From an uncultured Candidatus Binatia bacterium (GTDB taxonomy: Bacteria; Desulfobacterota; Binatia; Bin18), in NCBI GenBank assembly GCA_965220195.1, contig CBDCPK010000005.1, positions 1,347,704 to 1,411,703 on the forward strand: 64,000 bases of DNA, read 5' to 3'. Of this stretch, positions 35,985 through 46,259 are shown one piece after another (the first letter of the stretch is position 1; each line of letters opens with the position of its first letter). The notes beneath the pieces were generated by a model. The model was given only the letters and a program-made list of their open reading frames with translations, was not told the origin of the DNA and ran no database searches. The position numbers and the translations under genes were made by a program.

Positions 35985-37409
35985 ATGATTATGGCAAATA
36001 GTGATCAGTTTTTTAATGGAGTTCCAGAGAATGTTTCACAATTTGACGGAGGCGGAAGCTCCAGTAAGCTCGAAGTCGTTATAGGGCTCGATTTTGGAAC
36101 GTCCTCAACAAAGGCTGTCATCCATGTTTTCAATTTTCCCGGAGACCCTGCATTTGCGGTACCATTCGGCGAGTTCGCTCACGAGAGCTTGGAATACTTA
36201 TTGCCAACAAGGTTGTTTGTGAAGCCAGATGGGTACTGTTCGTTAAAGTGTGCTCCAGATACACCGACATCGCTTTTGACTGACATTAAGGTCGGTTTAA
36301 TGCAAACGCCAGATAAGAGCATCGAACCAGTTTCCAGTCCATCTTGTGATGCGTCAACCATAACTGTTGCGACAGCTTATCTAGCATTAGTCCTGCGGTA
36401 TGCTCGTTGCTGGTTCATTACAAATAAGAGAGACGCGTTTGAAGGCTTTTCGCTCAACTGGTCTTTCAATCTTGGGTTGCCCGCTGCAATCAAAGATCAG
36501 CCCCAATTTAAGGAAACATTTGGATTGGTTGGCGAAGCTGCCTGGCTTGTCTCTCAGCGCCCGGGTCCTATTACGATTCCCAGAACTAAGGAAGCGATCT
36601 CTGATATCGAAAATAGCGCGTCTCTATCAGAGGACGTGCCTTGCGATTTCGAGCTAATTCCAGAAGTAATTGCCGAAGTAGTCGGATACGCCCGTTCCCC
36701 GCTCCGCGACCCAGGACTCCATCTGCTCGTAGATATCGGAGCAAGCACCTTGGACGTGTGCGCATTCATATTGGGTGATAGCTATGGTGAAGATTATTTC
36801 TCCATACTGACTGCCGATGTTGCTTTGCTGGGTGCAAAACATCTGCATATGGAGAGAATCAAAGGATTGAAGAGAGTAGTGGAGGATCATGTGAAAAATC
36901 TGTTTGATCCAACCGATCCATTATGCGTGATAAAGGATGATATGAAATCGTATATGCCGCCTAGTGAAAAGCTCGACAATATCGAGAAAGCTTTTGCCAA
37001 TGAATGTGAGAGTCTTCTCAAAAAAACTTTTGCGGTTCTGAAAAAAGACAAAGACCCAGATTCAGCTCGTTGGTCCAATGATTTTCCCATATTTTTGTGT
37101 GGGGGAGCCAAAGAGATGTCAATATATGATGAGGTGATATCTGGCATTGAGCGATGGCTTCGTGAGTGGGGTCAATCACTCATTCACGCCCCAACAGGAG
37201 TAAGGCGAATTGACCTACCGAAACCAGAGGTTCTTGAGGCAACAATGGATGACAAGCTTTATCACCGGCTTGCCGTAGCATGGGGGCTAAGCCACCAGAG
37301 TTACAACATTGGCACATATAAACTACCAAGTGAGATAGAAAAATTTTCGCCTCTTCACCATTCAGTTCGGGATATTGATAAAGATTACGTCAGTAAGGAC
37401 ATGGTTTGA
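35985..37409 (+). CDS. Actin/Hsp70/sugar-kinase-superfamily ATPase (Hsp70-like nucleotide-binding domain) of unknown function
   Basis: The phosphate-1 motif is VVIGLDFGTSSTKAV and the adenosine motif is IFLCGGAKEMS. It starts 4 nt after the SNF2 stop. No substrate-binding domain is recognisable. Confidence 0.55.
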   Translation: MIMANSDQFFNGVPENVSQFDGGGSSSKLEVVIGLDFGTSSTKAVIHVFNFPGDPAFAVPFGEFAHESLEYLLPTRLFVKPDGYCSLKCAPDTPTSLLTDIKVGLMQTPDKSIEPVSSPSCDASTITVATAYLALVLRYARCWFITNKRDAFEGFSLNWSFNLGLPAAIKDQPQFKETFGLVGEAAWLVSQRPGPITIPRTKEAISDIENSASLSEDVPCDFELIPEVIAEVVGYARSPLRDPGLHLLVDIGASTLDVCAFILGDSYGEDYFSILTADVALLGAKHLHMERIKGLKRVVEDHVKNLFDPTDPLCVIKDDMKSYMPPSEKLDNIEKAFANECESLLKKTFAVLKKDKDPDSARWSNDFPIFLCGGAKEMSIYDEVISGIERWLREWGQSLIHAPTGVRRIDLPKPEVLEATMDDKLYHRLAVAWGLSHQSYNIGTYKLPSEIEKFSPLHHSVRDIDKDYVSKDMV

Positions 37410-37713
37410 GTGTGTTGGGAGAGACTCTCCCGGTACTCATCCTTCTAATGAAGGAAACCCACCCCGGCCTGCGGTCACCCCTCCAGGGACGTGTGATGCA
37501 TATTGTGGCGTAAGCCTCCCGGGACCGGTCCGGTGGCCCCCGCCTCGGGCCGCGCGCCTGCCCACTTCCTGGGAGAGCGGCCATCTTGGCCGCTTGCGGG
37601 CTGGAAGCCCGCACTCCTGGCCCCTGCACGACGCAGGGGCGCGAGGGGCCGCCGAGTAATGCAATACGCGGCACCCCTCCAGGGAGGCGGAGGGATGCCG
37701 GGAATGAGCCCGC

Positions 37714-38550
37714 TTAATGAATCTTCGGCATGACCTCGGCGGCAAAGCGCTCTATACCGCTGCGGAAGGTCGCGGCATCAGCGTAGCGCCCCAGCCCCAG
37801 CACATAGTAATTGGCCCCGGCTTCTTTCATGGCTGATATACGGTCAATCATGGGTTCGGGACTGCCCTCGCGGATCATGCCGCCGACGATCAAGTCGGGC
37901 ATGGACCGCCCGTGCTTTTCGGATTCCTCGCGTAAATGCGTGGCAACCTGGGCCAACTCTCCCGACTGGAGCCCAATCGGGTAATAGCCGTCGCCCCATT
38001 TGATGGTCCGCTCAATGGCCTTGGGGCCAGCCCCCCCAACCCAGATGGGTGGACGCGCCGGTCGCGGGGCAAAGACAAATTCGGGGAATTTGATGTGAGT
38101 CCCGTCGTACGCACTCACATCGTTATCAAACAACTGGTGGACGACTTCGAGGGTTTCGTTGGTAATGGCACCACGCTTGCGCGGGTCCACACCCAGGGCT
38201 TCAAATTCCGGCCGCATCCAGCCGACCCCGGCACCCAGGATAAGCCGCTCCCCCGAGAGTTCCTGGAGGGTGGCTACCTGTTTGGCCAGATACACGGCCG
38301 GCCGGTAGGGAAAGACCAGGACGGAAATACCGAGCTGGATCTTCCGGGTCAGCGCGGCAAAATAGGCCAGCGTCGTCAGCGGCTCAAAATAGCGTCCGCC
38401 CGATCCTTCAGTTTGATCCGGCGGAATAGCCAGATGATCCACGACAAACGCGGCATCAAAGCCGGTCTCTTCCACGGCCTGCACGCAGGCACCGAGCGTA
38501 TCTCGGGTCGCGGCCGGACCCATATTGCGGATGACAACACCAAATTTCAT
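37714..38550 (-). CDS. LLM-class F420-dependent oxidoreductase
   Basis: MKFGVVIRNMGP...FDAAFVVDHL...ISVLVFPYRPAVYLAKQVATLQELSGERLILGAGVGW is typical of F420-dependent LLMs. Confidence 0.8.
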   Translation of the reverse strand: MKFGVVIRNMGPAATRDTLGACVQAVEETGFDAAFVVDHLAIPPDQTEGSGGRYFEPLTTLAYFAALTRKIQLGISVLVFPYRPAVYLAKQVATLQELSGERLILGAGVGWMRPEFEALGVDPRKRGAITNETLEVVHQLFDNDVSAYDGTHIKFPEFVFAPRPARPPIWVGGAGPKAIERTIKWGDGYYPIGLQSGELAQVATHLREESEKHGRSMPDLIVGGMIREGSPEPMIDRISAMKEAGANYYVLGLGRYADAATFRSGIERFAAEVMPKIH

Positions 38551-38852
38551 GCGTCTTCTCCTTCGCCGTCTTGAAACAAACGTTCAGCCAATTCCTCGGC
38601 GAGCGCCGAACGCTCGTCCTTATCCTCTCGCAGCAGATCGAAAGACAGATTCATCAGCATTTTCCCGAGGACTTCGCGTTGGAGCACGTTGAGGCTGACG
38701 GCCTGCGGTTGTTCCTCTTCGAGCTGAGCCAGGAGGGTCTCCATGGAGCGTACCCCGGCATCGTTCTCCTGTCGCGCCAAACGGTCGCCGGCCATGCCCG
38801 CGGCCTGATGGAGCAAAGCTGCTTCCCGGACTGTGAGGGGGTACGAGGACAT
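38547..38852 (-). CDS. Hypothetical acidic protein (101 aa)
   Basis: It is translationally coupled by an ATGA overlap to the LLM gene and has no recognisable domain. Confidence 0.35.
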   Translation of the reverse strand: MSSYPLTVREAALLHQAAGMAGDRLARQENDAGVRSMETLLAQLEEEQPQAVSLNVLQREVLGKMLMNLSFDLLREDKDERSALAEELAERLFQDGEGEDA

Positions 38853-38864
38853 GCTGGATATTTT

Positions 38865-39485
38865 CTACCCCAAGTCGGGAAACAGCCAGGGTGCTTCGTT
38901 TTTGCGGCGTTGCTCATAGGCCGTGATATCGGCCTCTTTTTGCAGGGTGAGCCCGATTTCATCCAGGCCGTTCAGCAGACAGTCTTTCCGAAACGGATCA
39001 ACTTCGAAATGAAAACTCGTCCCCCCAGGTGTGGTAACGGTTTGGGCCGCAAGGTCCACGCTGAGCTGATAGCCCGGCTGAGGTTCGACTTCTTTGAATA
39101 ATTGATCGACTTCCGCGTTGGTCAGGACAACCGGCAGCATGCCGTTTTTGAAGCAATTGTTAAAAAAGATATCGGCAAAGCTGGGGGCGATAACGCATCG
39201 AAAACCGTGGTCCAATAAGGCCCACGGCGCGTGCTCGCGCGACGAGCCACAGCCGAAATTATCCCGCGCCAGGAGAATACTCGCGCCATCATAGCGGGGT
39301 TGATTCAAGACAAATCCTTCCTGGGGATTGCCGTCGCTGGTGTAGCGCCAATCCGAGAACAAGCCTTCCCGCAGGCCCGTGCGCTTAATGGTCTTGAGGT
39401 ACTGCTTGGGAATAATTTGATCGGTATCAACATTCACCCGGTCAAGCGGGGCAACAATACCTGTAAGCGTGGTAAAAGCGTCCAT
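38865..39485 (-). CDS. leuD: 3-isopropylmalate dehydratase small subunit
   Basis: [31 protein letters not shown]...[14 protein letters not shown] matches LeuD. Confidence 0.85.
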   Translation of the reverse strand: MDAFTTLTGIVAPLDRVNVDTDQIIPKQYLKTIKRTGLREGLFSDWRYTSDGNPQEGFVLNQPRYDGASILLARDNFGCGSSREHAPWALLDHGFRCVIAPSFADIFFNNCFKNGMLPVVLTNAEVDQLFKEVEPQPGYQLSVDLAAQTVTTPGGTSFHFEVDPFRKDCLLNGLDEIGLTLQKEADITAYEQRRKNEAPWLFPDLG

Positions 39486-39504
39486 ATGCGTCTCCAATAG
39501 GGGT

Positions 39505-40908
39505 CTAGCTCCAGTTCCTGATATCGACAAAGCGGCCTTCAATGGCGGCGGCGGCGGCCATGGCCGGGGAGACCAGATGGGTGCGCCCGCCCTTGCCCTG
39601 ACGGCCTTCAAAATTGCGGTTGCTGGTTGAAGCGCAGCGCTCGCCCGGCTGAAGGGTGTCGGCGTTCATGGCCAGACACATGGAACAGCCGGCCTCGCGC
39701 CACTCGAAACCCGCCTCCTTAAAAACGACGTCGAGCCCCTCGTCCTCGGCCTGTTTTTTGATCAGGCCGGAGCCTGGCACCACCATGGCGTTGACCGTCG
39801 AGGCGACTTGCTTGCCCTTTGCATACTGGGCGGCAATGCGCAGGTCTTCGATGCGTGAGTTGGTACAGGAGCCGATAAAGACCCGGTCGACCGGAATGGC
39901 CGTTATGGGGGTTCCGGCCTTCAGGTCCATATAGGCCAGCGCCCGCTGCGTAGCCTCTTGGATTTCCGGCGAAGGCATGGCGGCCGGGTCCGGCACAGCC
40001 CCGGTGATATCGGTGACCATACCCGGATTCGTGCCCCAGGTGACCTGGGGGGCGATGTCTTCCGCTCGCAGCTCGACGGTCTTGTCGAAGCTGGCGTCCG
40101 GGTCTGAGGGCAGTTGCTGCCAGGCTGCCACCGCTCGCTCGAACAGCTCACCCTTGGGCGCAAACGGGCGATCTTTGATATAGGCAAACGTTTGTTCGTC
40201 CGGCGCAACCATACCGGCCCGCGCACCGCCCTCAATGGACATATTGCACAGCGTCATGCGGCCTTCCATGGACAGTGCCCGGATGGCCGAGCCCGTGTAT
40301 TCGATGACATGCCCGGTTCCGCCGGCCGTTCCGATTTTACCGATAATGGCCAGGATAATGTCTTTGGCAGAACACTGTGCGGACAACACGCCCTCCACTC
40401 GCACCTGCATGGTCTTGGCTTTCTTTTGGAGCAGGCATTGTGAGGCCAATACGTGTTCAACCTCGCTGGTGCCGATACCAAAGGCCAGCGCGCCAAACGC
40501 GCCGTGCGTGGCGGTATGGGAATCCCCGCACACAATAATCATACCCGGCAGGGTGAGACCCTGCTCCGGCCCGATCACATGCACAATGCCCTGGCGGATG
40601 TCGTCTATGTCGAAAATCGGGACGCCGGTTGCCCGACAGTTCTCCTGGAGGGCTTCGATCTGCTTGGCTGCGACGGCATCTTCAATGGGTTTGTCCCGGT
40701 CCGTTGTCGGCACGTTATGGTCGGGCACGGCTATTGTCGCCTGGGTGCGGCGCACGTTGCGGCCGGCCAGTTGCAGGCCCTCAAATGCCTGCGGAGAAGT
40801 CACTTCATGGGTGAGGTGACGATCAACATAGAGGAGCGCCGTGCCGTCCTCTTCGGTTCGCACCACGTGCGACTCCCAGATTTTTTCAAACATTGTCTTG
40901 CTCGCCAT
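39505..40908 (-). CDS. leuC: 3-isopropylmalate dehydratase large subunit
   Basis: [11 protein letters not shown]...[18 protein letters not shown]... matches LeuC. The aconitase-family Cys ligands are present. Confidence 0.9.
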   Translation of the reverse strand: MASKTMFEKIWESHVVRTEEDGTALLYVDRHLTHEVTSPQAFEGLQLAGRNVRRTQATIAVPDHNVPTTDRDKPIEDAVAAKQIEALQENCRATGVPIFDIDDIRQGIVHVIGPEQGLTLPGMIIVCGDSHTATHGAFGALAFGIGTSEVEHVLASQCLLQKKAKTMQVRVEGVLSAQCSAKDIILAIIGKIGTAGGTGHVIEYTGSAIRALSMEGRMTLCNMSIEGGARAGMVAPDEQTFAYIKDRPFAPKGELFERAVAAWQQLPSDPDASFDKTVELRAEDIAPQVTWGTNPGMVTDITGAVPDPAAMPSPEIQEATQRALAYMDLKAGTPITAIPVDRVFIGSCTNSRIEDLRIAAQYAKGKQVASTVNAMVVPGSGLIKKQAEDEGLDVVFKEAGFEWREAGCSMCLAMNADTLQPGERCASTSNRNFEGRQGKGGRTHLVSPAMAAAAAIEGRFVDIRNWS

Positions 40909-41110
40909 GATCTACCCCTTATGTCCTCTATTTGCTTTTGGGACGTGGCTGCTGAAAGAGCTATACCTTTCTCAGATTTGGTAGGGGCTGGCAAGATGGA
41001 AGGAGCGGAGACGGTATGGTAGGATAGCGCACCTGAGCAAGTGGGGATGGGCCAGCATGTCCCGGCGCATTAAAAAACCAGACCAGAGATGATCATGCAG
41101 GGAGAATTTC

Positions 41111-41971
41111 ATGGGTGAATGGACCGTTGATATCAATGAAAAAGACTTTGAGCAGGACGTGCTCGAACGCTCGTACAGCGTCCCTGTTGTGTTGGATTTT
41201 TGGGCTCCGTGGTGTGGTCCGTGTCGTGCCATCGGCCCGGTGCTGGAGAAACTCGCGGACGAACAAGCCGGTAAGTTTGTCCTGGCAAAGGTGAATGTCG
41301 ATGAAAACCCCGCCCTGGCCCAATCCTTTCAGATCAGTAGCATTCCGGCGGTGAAGGCCGTCAAGGCGGGCGCTATTGCCAACGAGTTTCTGGGCGCTGT
41401 GCCCGAGCCGACGATTCGCCAATTTATTGAGGACCTGCTGCCCTCCGAGGCCGACGCGCTGGCCCAGCAAGGCCAGGACCTGCAAGATCAGGGAAAGGAG
41501 CAAGGAGCCGAGAGTCTCTATCGCGCCGCCCTCTCAAAGGACGAGCGGCAGCCGAAAGCACTGCTTGGGCTGGCCCGTCTTCTGATGGGTAAGGAAGAGC
41601 ACGCGGATGCGCTTGCCTTACTGGGTCGTATTCCGCCGCATACTCGGGAGTATGACGAAGCGCAGCAGGTAGCCGCTCAGATACGCGTCAAACAGACCGG
41701 AGCCAGCGCCGATGAAGAGGCCGCTTGTCGCGAGAAAATTGAGGCCGACCCGAACGATCTGGACACACGGTTTGACCTTGCCCAGATTCTGGCTGCTTCG
41801 ACTCGCTATGAAGAGGCGCTTGCCGAATATCTGGAGATCGTGAAGAAAGACCGTACCTTCCGAGACGAAGGCGCGCGGAAAGCCATGCTCGAAATTTTTG
41901 AGGTGGTTGGCGCTCGGAGTGAATTAGCTGATCGATACCGGTCGGAAATGGCTAAGGTGTTGTTCAGTTAG
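41111..41971 (+). CDS. Thioredoxin-domain protein with a C-terminal TPR-like domain (YbbN/CnoX-like)
   Basis: It has the WAPWCGPC active site followed by about 170 aa of TPR-like helices. Confidence 0.8.
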   Translation: MGEWTVDINEKDFEQDVLERSYSVPVVLDFWAPWCGPCRAIGPVLEKLADEQAGKFVLAKVNVDENPALAQSFQISSIPAVKAVKAGAIANEFLGAVPEPTIRQFIEDLLPSEADALAQQGQDLQDQGKEQGAESLYRAALSKDERQPKALLGLARLLMGKEEHADALALLGRIPPHTREYDEAQQVAAQIRVKQTGASADEEAACREKIEADPNDLDTRFDLAQILAASTRYEEALAEYLEIVKKDRTFRDEGARKAMLEIFEVVGARSELADRYRSEMAKVLFS

Positions 41972-42377
41972 GCTGGACTGTCGTACCCATCCGCGACACT
42001 TCTGCCCTCATGCCTGATTCGGTCGCCGCTCTTCCAGTAGTCGCCTCAGCGCATCTGTATGTGTATTCAAAGTGTCAGCAATAGCCTTGCGGTCATTATT
42101 AGACCTTGCCATCAGCCAGATACCCCAGGCAATAAGACCGGTTTGTAATAGGCTGACCAACAGGCCAAGGGCTTCTGCTGTGGTTAAAGGTTCAGGCGTA
42201 AGCATATGGTTCTCCTTCGCATCTCAGTGGGTCAGGTAAGCGAAGCGTCACATATCTTCCTCCGCTACCAATAACCACCAGGGCCGACTTGTACTGGTGG
42301 CTGAGGATTTTCCAAAGGAGGATGAGGGTACCAGCTAACGCGATCCATTCATACGTTGTCATGGCTGAATATCTTTA

Positions 42378-43253
42378 TCACACCAACGCCCACTCCTCAC
42401 CTTCGTTTTTCACCACGCCTTCTTTTTCCAGCTTAATCAGGTGGGACTGCACGGAGTTCCCGGCCGCGGCGTGCAGAAACTCGGGCACGTCCACATAAAT
42501 ACGCTTCACCATGTCTGGAATTTTGGTCAGTCCGGCGCCAAGTGCGTCCAGCACCTGCTGCTCGCGCAACTCGCGGTGGGCGATGTAGGCGTTCAGTTTT
42601 TTATACGGCTCGCGAATCGCCGGGCCGTGAGCGGGATAAATCACCGATAGATCAAGGTCGAGCAGCTTGCGCAGTGAGGCCATATAGTCAATCAAGCCGC
42701 CGCCTTCTTCCGGTACGACCGTCGTTCCGGCTCCCAGCACCAGGTCTCCGGTAAAGAGCGCTTTTTCCTCTTCGAGGTAGTAACACAGATGGTCCTTGGC
42801 ATGACCCGGCGTATGGATCGCGTGCAGGGTGGCCCCGTCGGTCTCGATGGTAGCGCCGTCTTCGATATAGGTCAGTGGGAAGGTGTAGGCCGCGTCCTTT
42901 TCCGGCCAGCGATGTTTTGAGACGCTGAGTTCGCCAAAACGTTTCTGCACATTGGGCACCCCGCCGATATGGTCCTGATGGACATGGGTGAGGACAATCT
43001 CCTGGAGTTCGTTGGCGCCCTTGGTTTCGGACAGGCCCTGTTCCAATAAGGGGTCGTAGACCTCCAGGCCGATTCCTGTGTCGAGCAACAGTGGCCGTTT
43101 GCTCGTGCCAACCAGATAGGTGTTGGTTCCGGGCCCGGTGAACGGCCCGGGGTTTTGACCAAGCACGGTCGCAACCCGCTCGCTCCAGGTGTCGAAGTCG
43201 GGCAGCTTCAGCCCGGCCATGGTATCCGTAACAACACGTTGTGGTTGGGTCAT
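42378..43253 (-). CDS. MBL-fold metallo-hydrolase
   Basis: It has the metal-binding motif THVHQDH and downstream His/Asp ligands. Confidence 0.8.
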   Translation of the reverse strand: MTQPQRVVTDTMAGLKLPDFDTWSERVATVLGQNPGPFTGPGTNTYLVGTSKRPLLLDTGIGLEVYDPLLEQGLSETKGANELQEIVLTHVHQDHIGGVPNVQKRFGELSVSKHRWPEKDAAYTFPLTYIEDGATIETDGATLHAIHTPGHAKDHLCYYLEEEKALFTGDLVLGAGTTVVPEEGGGLIDYMASLRKLLDLDLSVIYPAHGPAIREPYKKLNAYIAHRELREQQVLDALGAGLTKIPDMVKRIYVDVPEFLHAAAGNSVQSHLIKLEKEGVVKNEGEEWALV

Positions 43254-43255
43254 TC

Positions 43256-44422
43256 TCAGCTCCTTAGCAGGTTGGCGGCAATGGTTCTGAGTTGCATATT
43301 TGAGGTGCCCTCATAGATTTTGCCAATCTTGGCGTCCCGGTAAAACTTCTCGGCCGGATAGTCTTTGGTAAAACCCACGCCGCCGAAAATCTCCAGGGAG
43401 CGGGAGGCGACTCGTTCACCGACCTGGGAGCAAAAGAATTTGGTCATGGCCGCGGAATGGGCAAACGGCTGTCCGCTCTCTTTGAGGCGGGCGGTGTTAT
43501 ACACCATCAGCCGGGCGGCCTCGATCTCGGTTGCCAGCTCGGCCAACTCGAATTGGACGGCCTGAAAATCTGTAATCGCCCGCCCAAACTGTGAACGCTC
43601 TCTGGCATAGCCCAGCGCACACTCAAAGGCCCCCTGGGCCAGACCGGTCATTTGCGCTCCGATCCCGATCCGACCCTCGTTCAGGGTCTCAATCGCGACT
43701 TTATAGCCCTGGCCAATCTCCCCCACGACCTGGCTGCGCGGCACCCGGACGTCTTCGAGAATCAGCTCACAGGTCGAACTGGCGCGAATGCCCAGCTTAT
43801 CCTCTTTTTTCCCGACGCTGAAACCTGGCATATCGCGTTCGACTATGAAGGCGGTCACGCCCTTATAGCCCTTGTCCGGGTCGGCATTGGCAAAGAGCAG
43901 ATACACGCCGGCTTCTGCGCCATTGGTGGTCCACATCTTTTGGCCGTTCAGCACAAAGGTATCGCCCTCCGGCCGCGCGCGGGTCTGCATGGCAAAGGCG
44001 TCGCTCCCGGAACCGGACTCGGATAAGGAATAGGCCCCGACCGTATCTGTGGCCAGGCGAGGGAAAAACTGAGCTTTCTGGTCAGGGTTGAGCCAGCGGA
44101 CGAGGGCGTTATTGACCAGGGTATTCTGGACATCCACACAGGTGGCGACCGCCGGGTCAATCCGTGCAAACTCTTCAATGGCCAGAATCGACATAAAGAA
44201 ACTGGCATCCGCGCCGCCATAGCTGGCGGGGATTTCGATGCCCATGACCCCCAAGTCAAAGAGTTGGGCAATCAGCCCCTGGGGGATCTTGGCCGCGCGG
44301 TCCATCTCCATGACGTGGGGTCTGACCTGTTCCTCGGCGAACTCCCGCACCATCGTCCGAAATAATTCCTCTTCCTCACTCAGCGTCGCCAGAGGCAGAT
44401 GTGTCGCGTGATCCATAGACAT
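43256..44422 (-). CDS. Acyl-CoA dehydrogenase
   Basis: It is 388 aa with the ACAD N-, middle- and C-domain pattern (...YGGADASF...NGQKMWTTNG...YEGTSN...). Confidence 0.85.
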   Translation of the reverse strand: MSMDHATHLPLATLSEEEELFRTMVREFAEEQVRPHVMEMDRAAKIPQGLIAQLFDLGVMGIEIPASYGGADASFFMSILAIEEFARIDPAVATCVDVQNTLVNNALVRWLNPDQKAQFFPRLATDTVGAYSLSESGSGSDAFAMQTRARPEGDTFVLNGQKMWTTNGAEAGVYLLFANADPDKGYKGVTAFIVERDMPGFSVGKKEDKLGIRASSTCELILEDVRVPRSQVVGEIGQGYKVAIETLNEGRIGIGAQMTGLAQGAFECALGYARERSQFGRAITDFQAVQFELAELATEIEAARLMVYNTARLKESGQPFAHSAAMTKFFCSQVGERVASRSLEIFGGVGFTKDYPAEKFYRDAKIGKIYEGTSNMQLRTIAANLLRS

Positions 44423-44528
44423 CTTCCCCCCTTGCTTGGTTGGATGGTGTCATTGTTGGCACGTTGCTTCTCGGATGTCCAGCCGGTATATCATCACGAG
44501 AAAACGCTCACGGACAGTTTTCCTTGGT

Positions 44529-45098
44529 ATGAAAATCGGACTCATCGCCGACTCGCATATCCCTGAGGCCATGCCCGAACTCCCGAGCCAGGTACGGACG
44601 GTGTTTGCCGGGGTTGACCTGATTATCCACGCCGGCGATCTGCACTGCCTTGCCGTGCTGGACTGGCTCGAAGAAATCGCGCCGGTGGTAGCGTGTCGGG
44701 GCAATGGCGACGAAGGCTCGGGCGGACGCGCGGTCGTCCCGGAAGACCCCCGGCTGCACGAGGCCGTTGTAACGCAGTGCGCGGGCTACACGCTGGGGCT
44801 GGTGCACGATGTATTGGATCCGAACGAATATCCGCACTGGCCGATTGAGCGGACGATGGAGCGGGCCTTTGGTCGGCGGACCGATATTATTGTTTGCGGC
44901 CATACCCATGTCGAGCGCATCCAGCGCTACGCCGATGTCCTGGTCATTAATCCCGGCAGTCCGACCTATCCGCACAATTACGCGGCCCAGCCGGGCACGG
45001 TTGGCATGCTGACCCTGGAAGAGGGCGGTGGCGGCACGGTTGAGATCATAGATCTCAAGACGCTTGCCGTGTTGCCGGAATTTTCGACGACGTTCTGA
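44529..45098 (+). CDS. Metallophosphoesterase (YfcE-like phosphodiesterase)
   Basis: It has the MKIGLIADSH, AGD and GNGD motifs. The start is at internal ATG 44529. Confidence 0.75.
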   Translation: MKIGLIADSHIPEAMPELPSQVRTVFAGVDLIIHAGDLHCLAVLDWLEEIAPVVACRGNGDEGSGGRAVVPEDPRLHEAVVTQCAGYTLGLVHDVLDPNEYPHWPIERTMERAFGRRTDIIVCGHTHVERIQRYADVLVINPGSPTYPHNYAAQPGTVGMLTLEEGGGGTVEIIDLKTLAVLPEFSTTF

Positions 45099-45128
45099 CT
45101 CGAGCTACGTGTCCCAGGTAGCGCGACT

Positions 45129-46142
45129 TTACCCGCCCAGACTAATCATCTCGATTTTTTTATGCTCTTTGGGGTCGTAGCCGGCTCCCGAACGCAGGGC
45201 GGCCAAGCGTTCTTCCGAGTAGCGGTCCGTCCGTTGGAGCCAGACCTGTTGCAGCACGTCGAGCAGCCTGTCATCGCTGGCCCCACCGCGCAGCAGAACC
45301 TTGAGGTTGCGACCGGTGTTGGCAAAGAGACAGGTCACCAGTCTGCCGTCCGCGGTCAGCCGCGCGCGCGTACAAGACGCACAGAACGGCTCGGTGACCG
45401 AGGCGATCACCCCGATATCACCGCTGCCGTCTACACACTGATAGTCCACCGACGGTGCGCTGCCACCTTTTCGACCTACTTCCCGCAGGGGAAAGCGCGT
45501 GTTGATGATGTCCAGGATTTCCTGCTTGGGCACGATGGTGTCCGACTGCCAGTGATTGGCATTGCCCACATCCATAAACTCAATGAAACGGATGGCAAAG
45601 CCGTGCTCAAGCGAGAACGTCACCAGATCGATAATCTCGTCGTCATTCACGCCGCGTTCGATGACCGCGTTGAGCTTAATCGGCGAGAACCCGTGCTCCT
45701 TGGCCACAAACAGGCCGTGCAGAACTTTCTGCAAGTCGCCGCGCTTGGTGATGCGTCGAAAACGGTCGGGTTTGAGGCTGTCGAGGCTGACGTTCAGCCG
45801 GCGTAAGCCAGCCGCTCTCAGGACCTGGGCTTTTTCCGCCAGGGTTGAGCCGTTCGTGGTGAGACACAGATCACGCAGGCCGTCGAGGCCGGACAGGCTT
45901 TTGACGAGTTGCTCAAGGTCTCGCCGGGCCAGGGGCTCGCCCCCGGTTAAACGAATTTTTTCAACCCCGAACTGAATAAACAGGCGGGCCAGCCGTGTGA
46001 TTTCCTCAAACGTCAGCACCTCGCTCTTGTCCAGCCAGTCGTAGTCGTCCAGCGGCATGCAATAGGTGCAGCGAAAATTGCACCGGTCGGTGACGGAAAT
46101 GCGCAGGTCCTTGACCGGGCGTTGCAGGGTATCGAGCAGCAT
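45129..46142 (-). CDS. moaA: GTP 3',8-cyclase MoaA (radical SAM)
   Basis: RISVTDRCNFRCTYCMP carries the CxxxCxxC radical-SAM cluster. The C-terminal second-cluster Cys residues are present. Confidence 0.9.
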   Translation of the reverse strand: MLLDTLQRPVKDLRISVTDRCNFRCTYCMPLDDYDWLDKSEVLTFEEITRLARLFIQFGVEKIRLTGGEPLARRDLEQLVKSLSGLDGLRDLCLTTNGSTLAEKAQVLRAAGLRRLNVSLDSLKPDRFRRITKRGDLQKVLHGLFVAKEHGFSPIKLNAVIERGVNDDEIIDLVTFSLEHGFAIRFIEFMDVGNANHWQSDTIVPKQEILDIINTRFPLREVGRKGGSAPSVDYQCVDGSGDIGVIASVTEPFCASCTRARLTADGRLVTCLFANTGRNLKVLLRGGASDDRLLDVLQQVWLQRTDRYSEERLAALRSGAGYDPKEHKKIEMISLGG

Positions 46143-46259
46143 GCAGTCTCCTTAAGGCTGCCTATTATAATGATTTTAGCTCGCGAGCCAAGACGGGGTT
46201 TGTCAGGGCTCTCAGCCTGAGAGATTGACAAAATATAATACAAAATGAATGCTCTATGT

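Noticed and set aside
37410-37713. tRNA or tmRNA at the island boundary
   Set aside because: There is no GTTCGAATC-like T-arm or cloverleaf. Only GC-rich palindromes and a 14-nt direct repeat are present.
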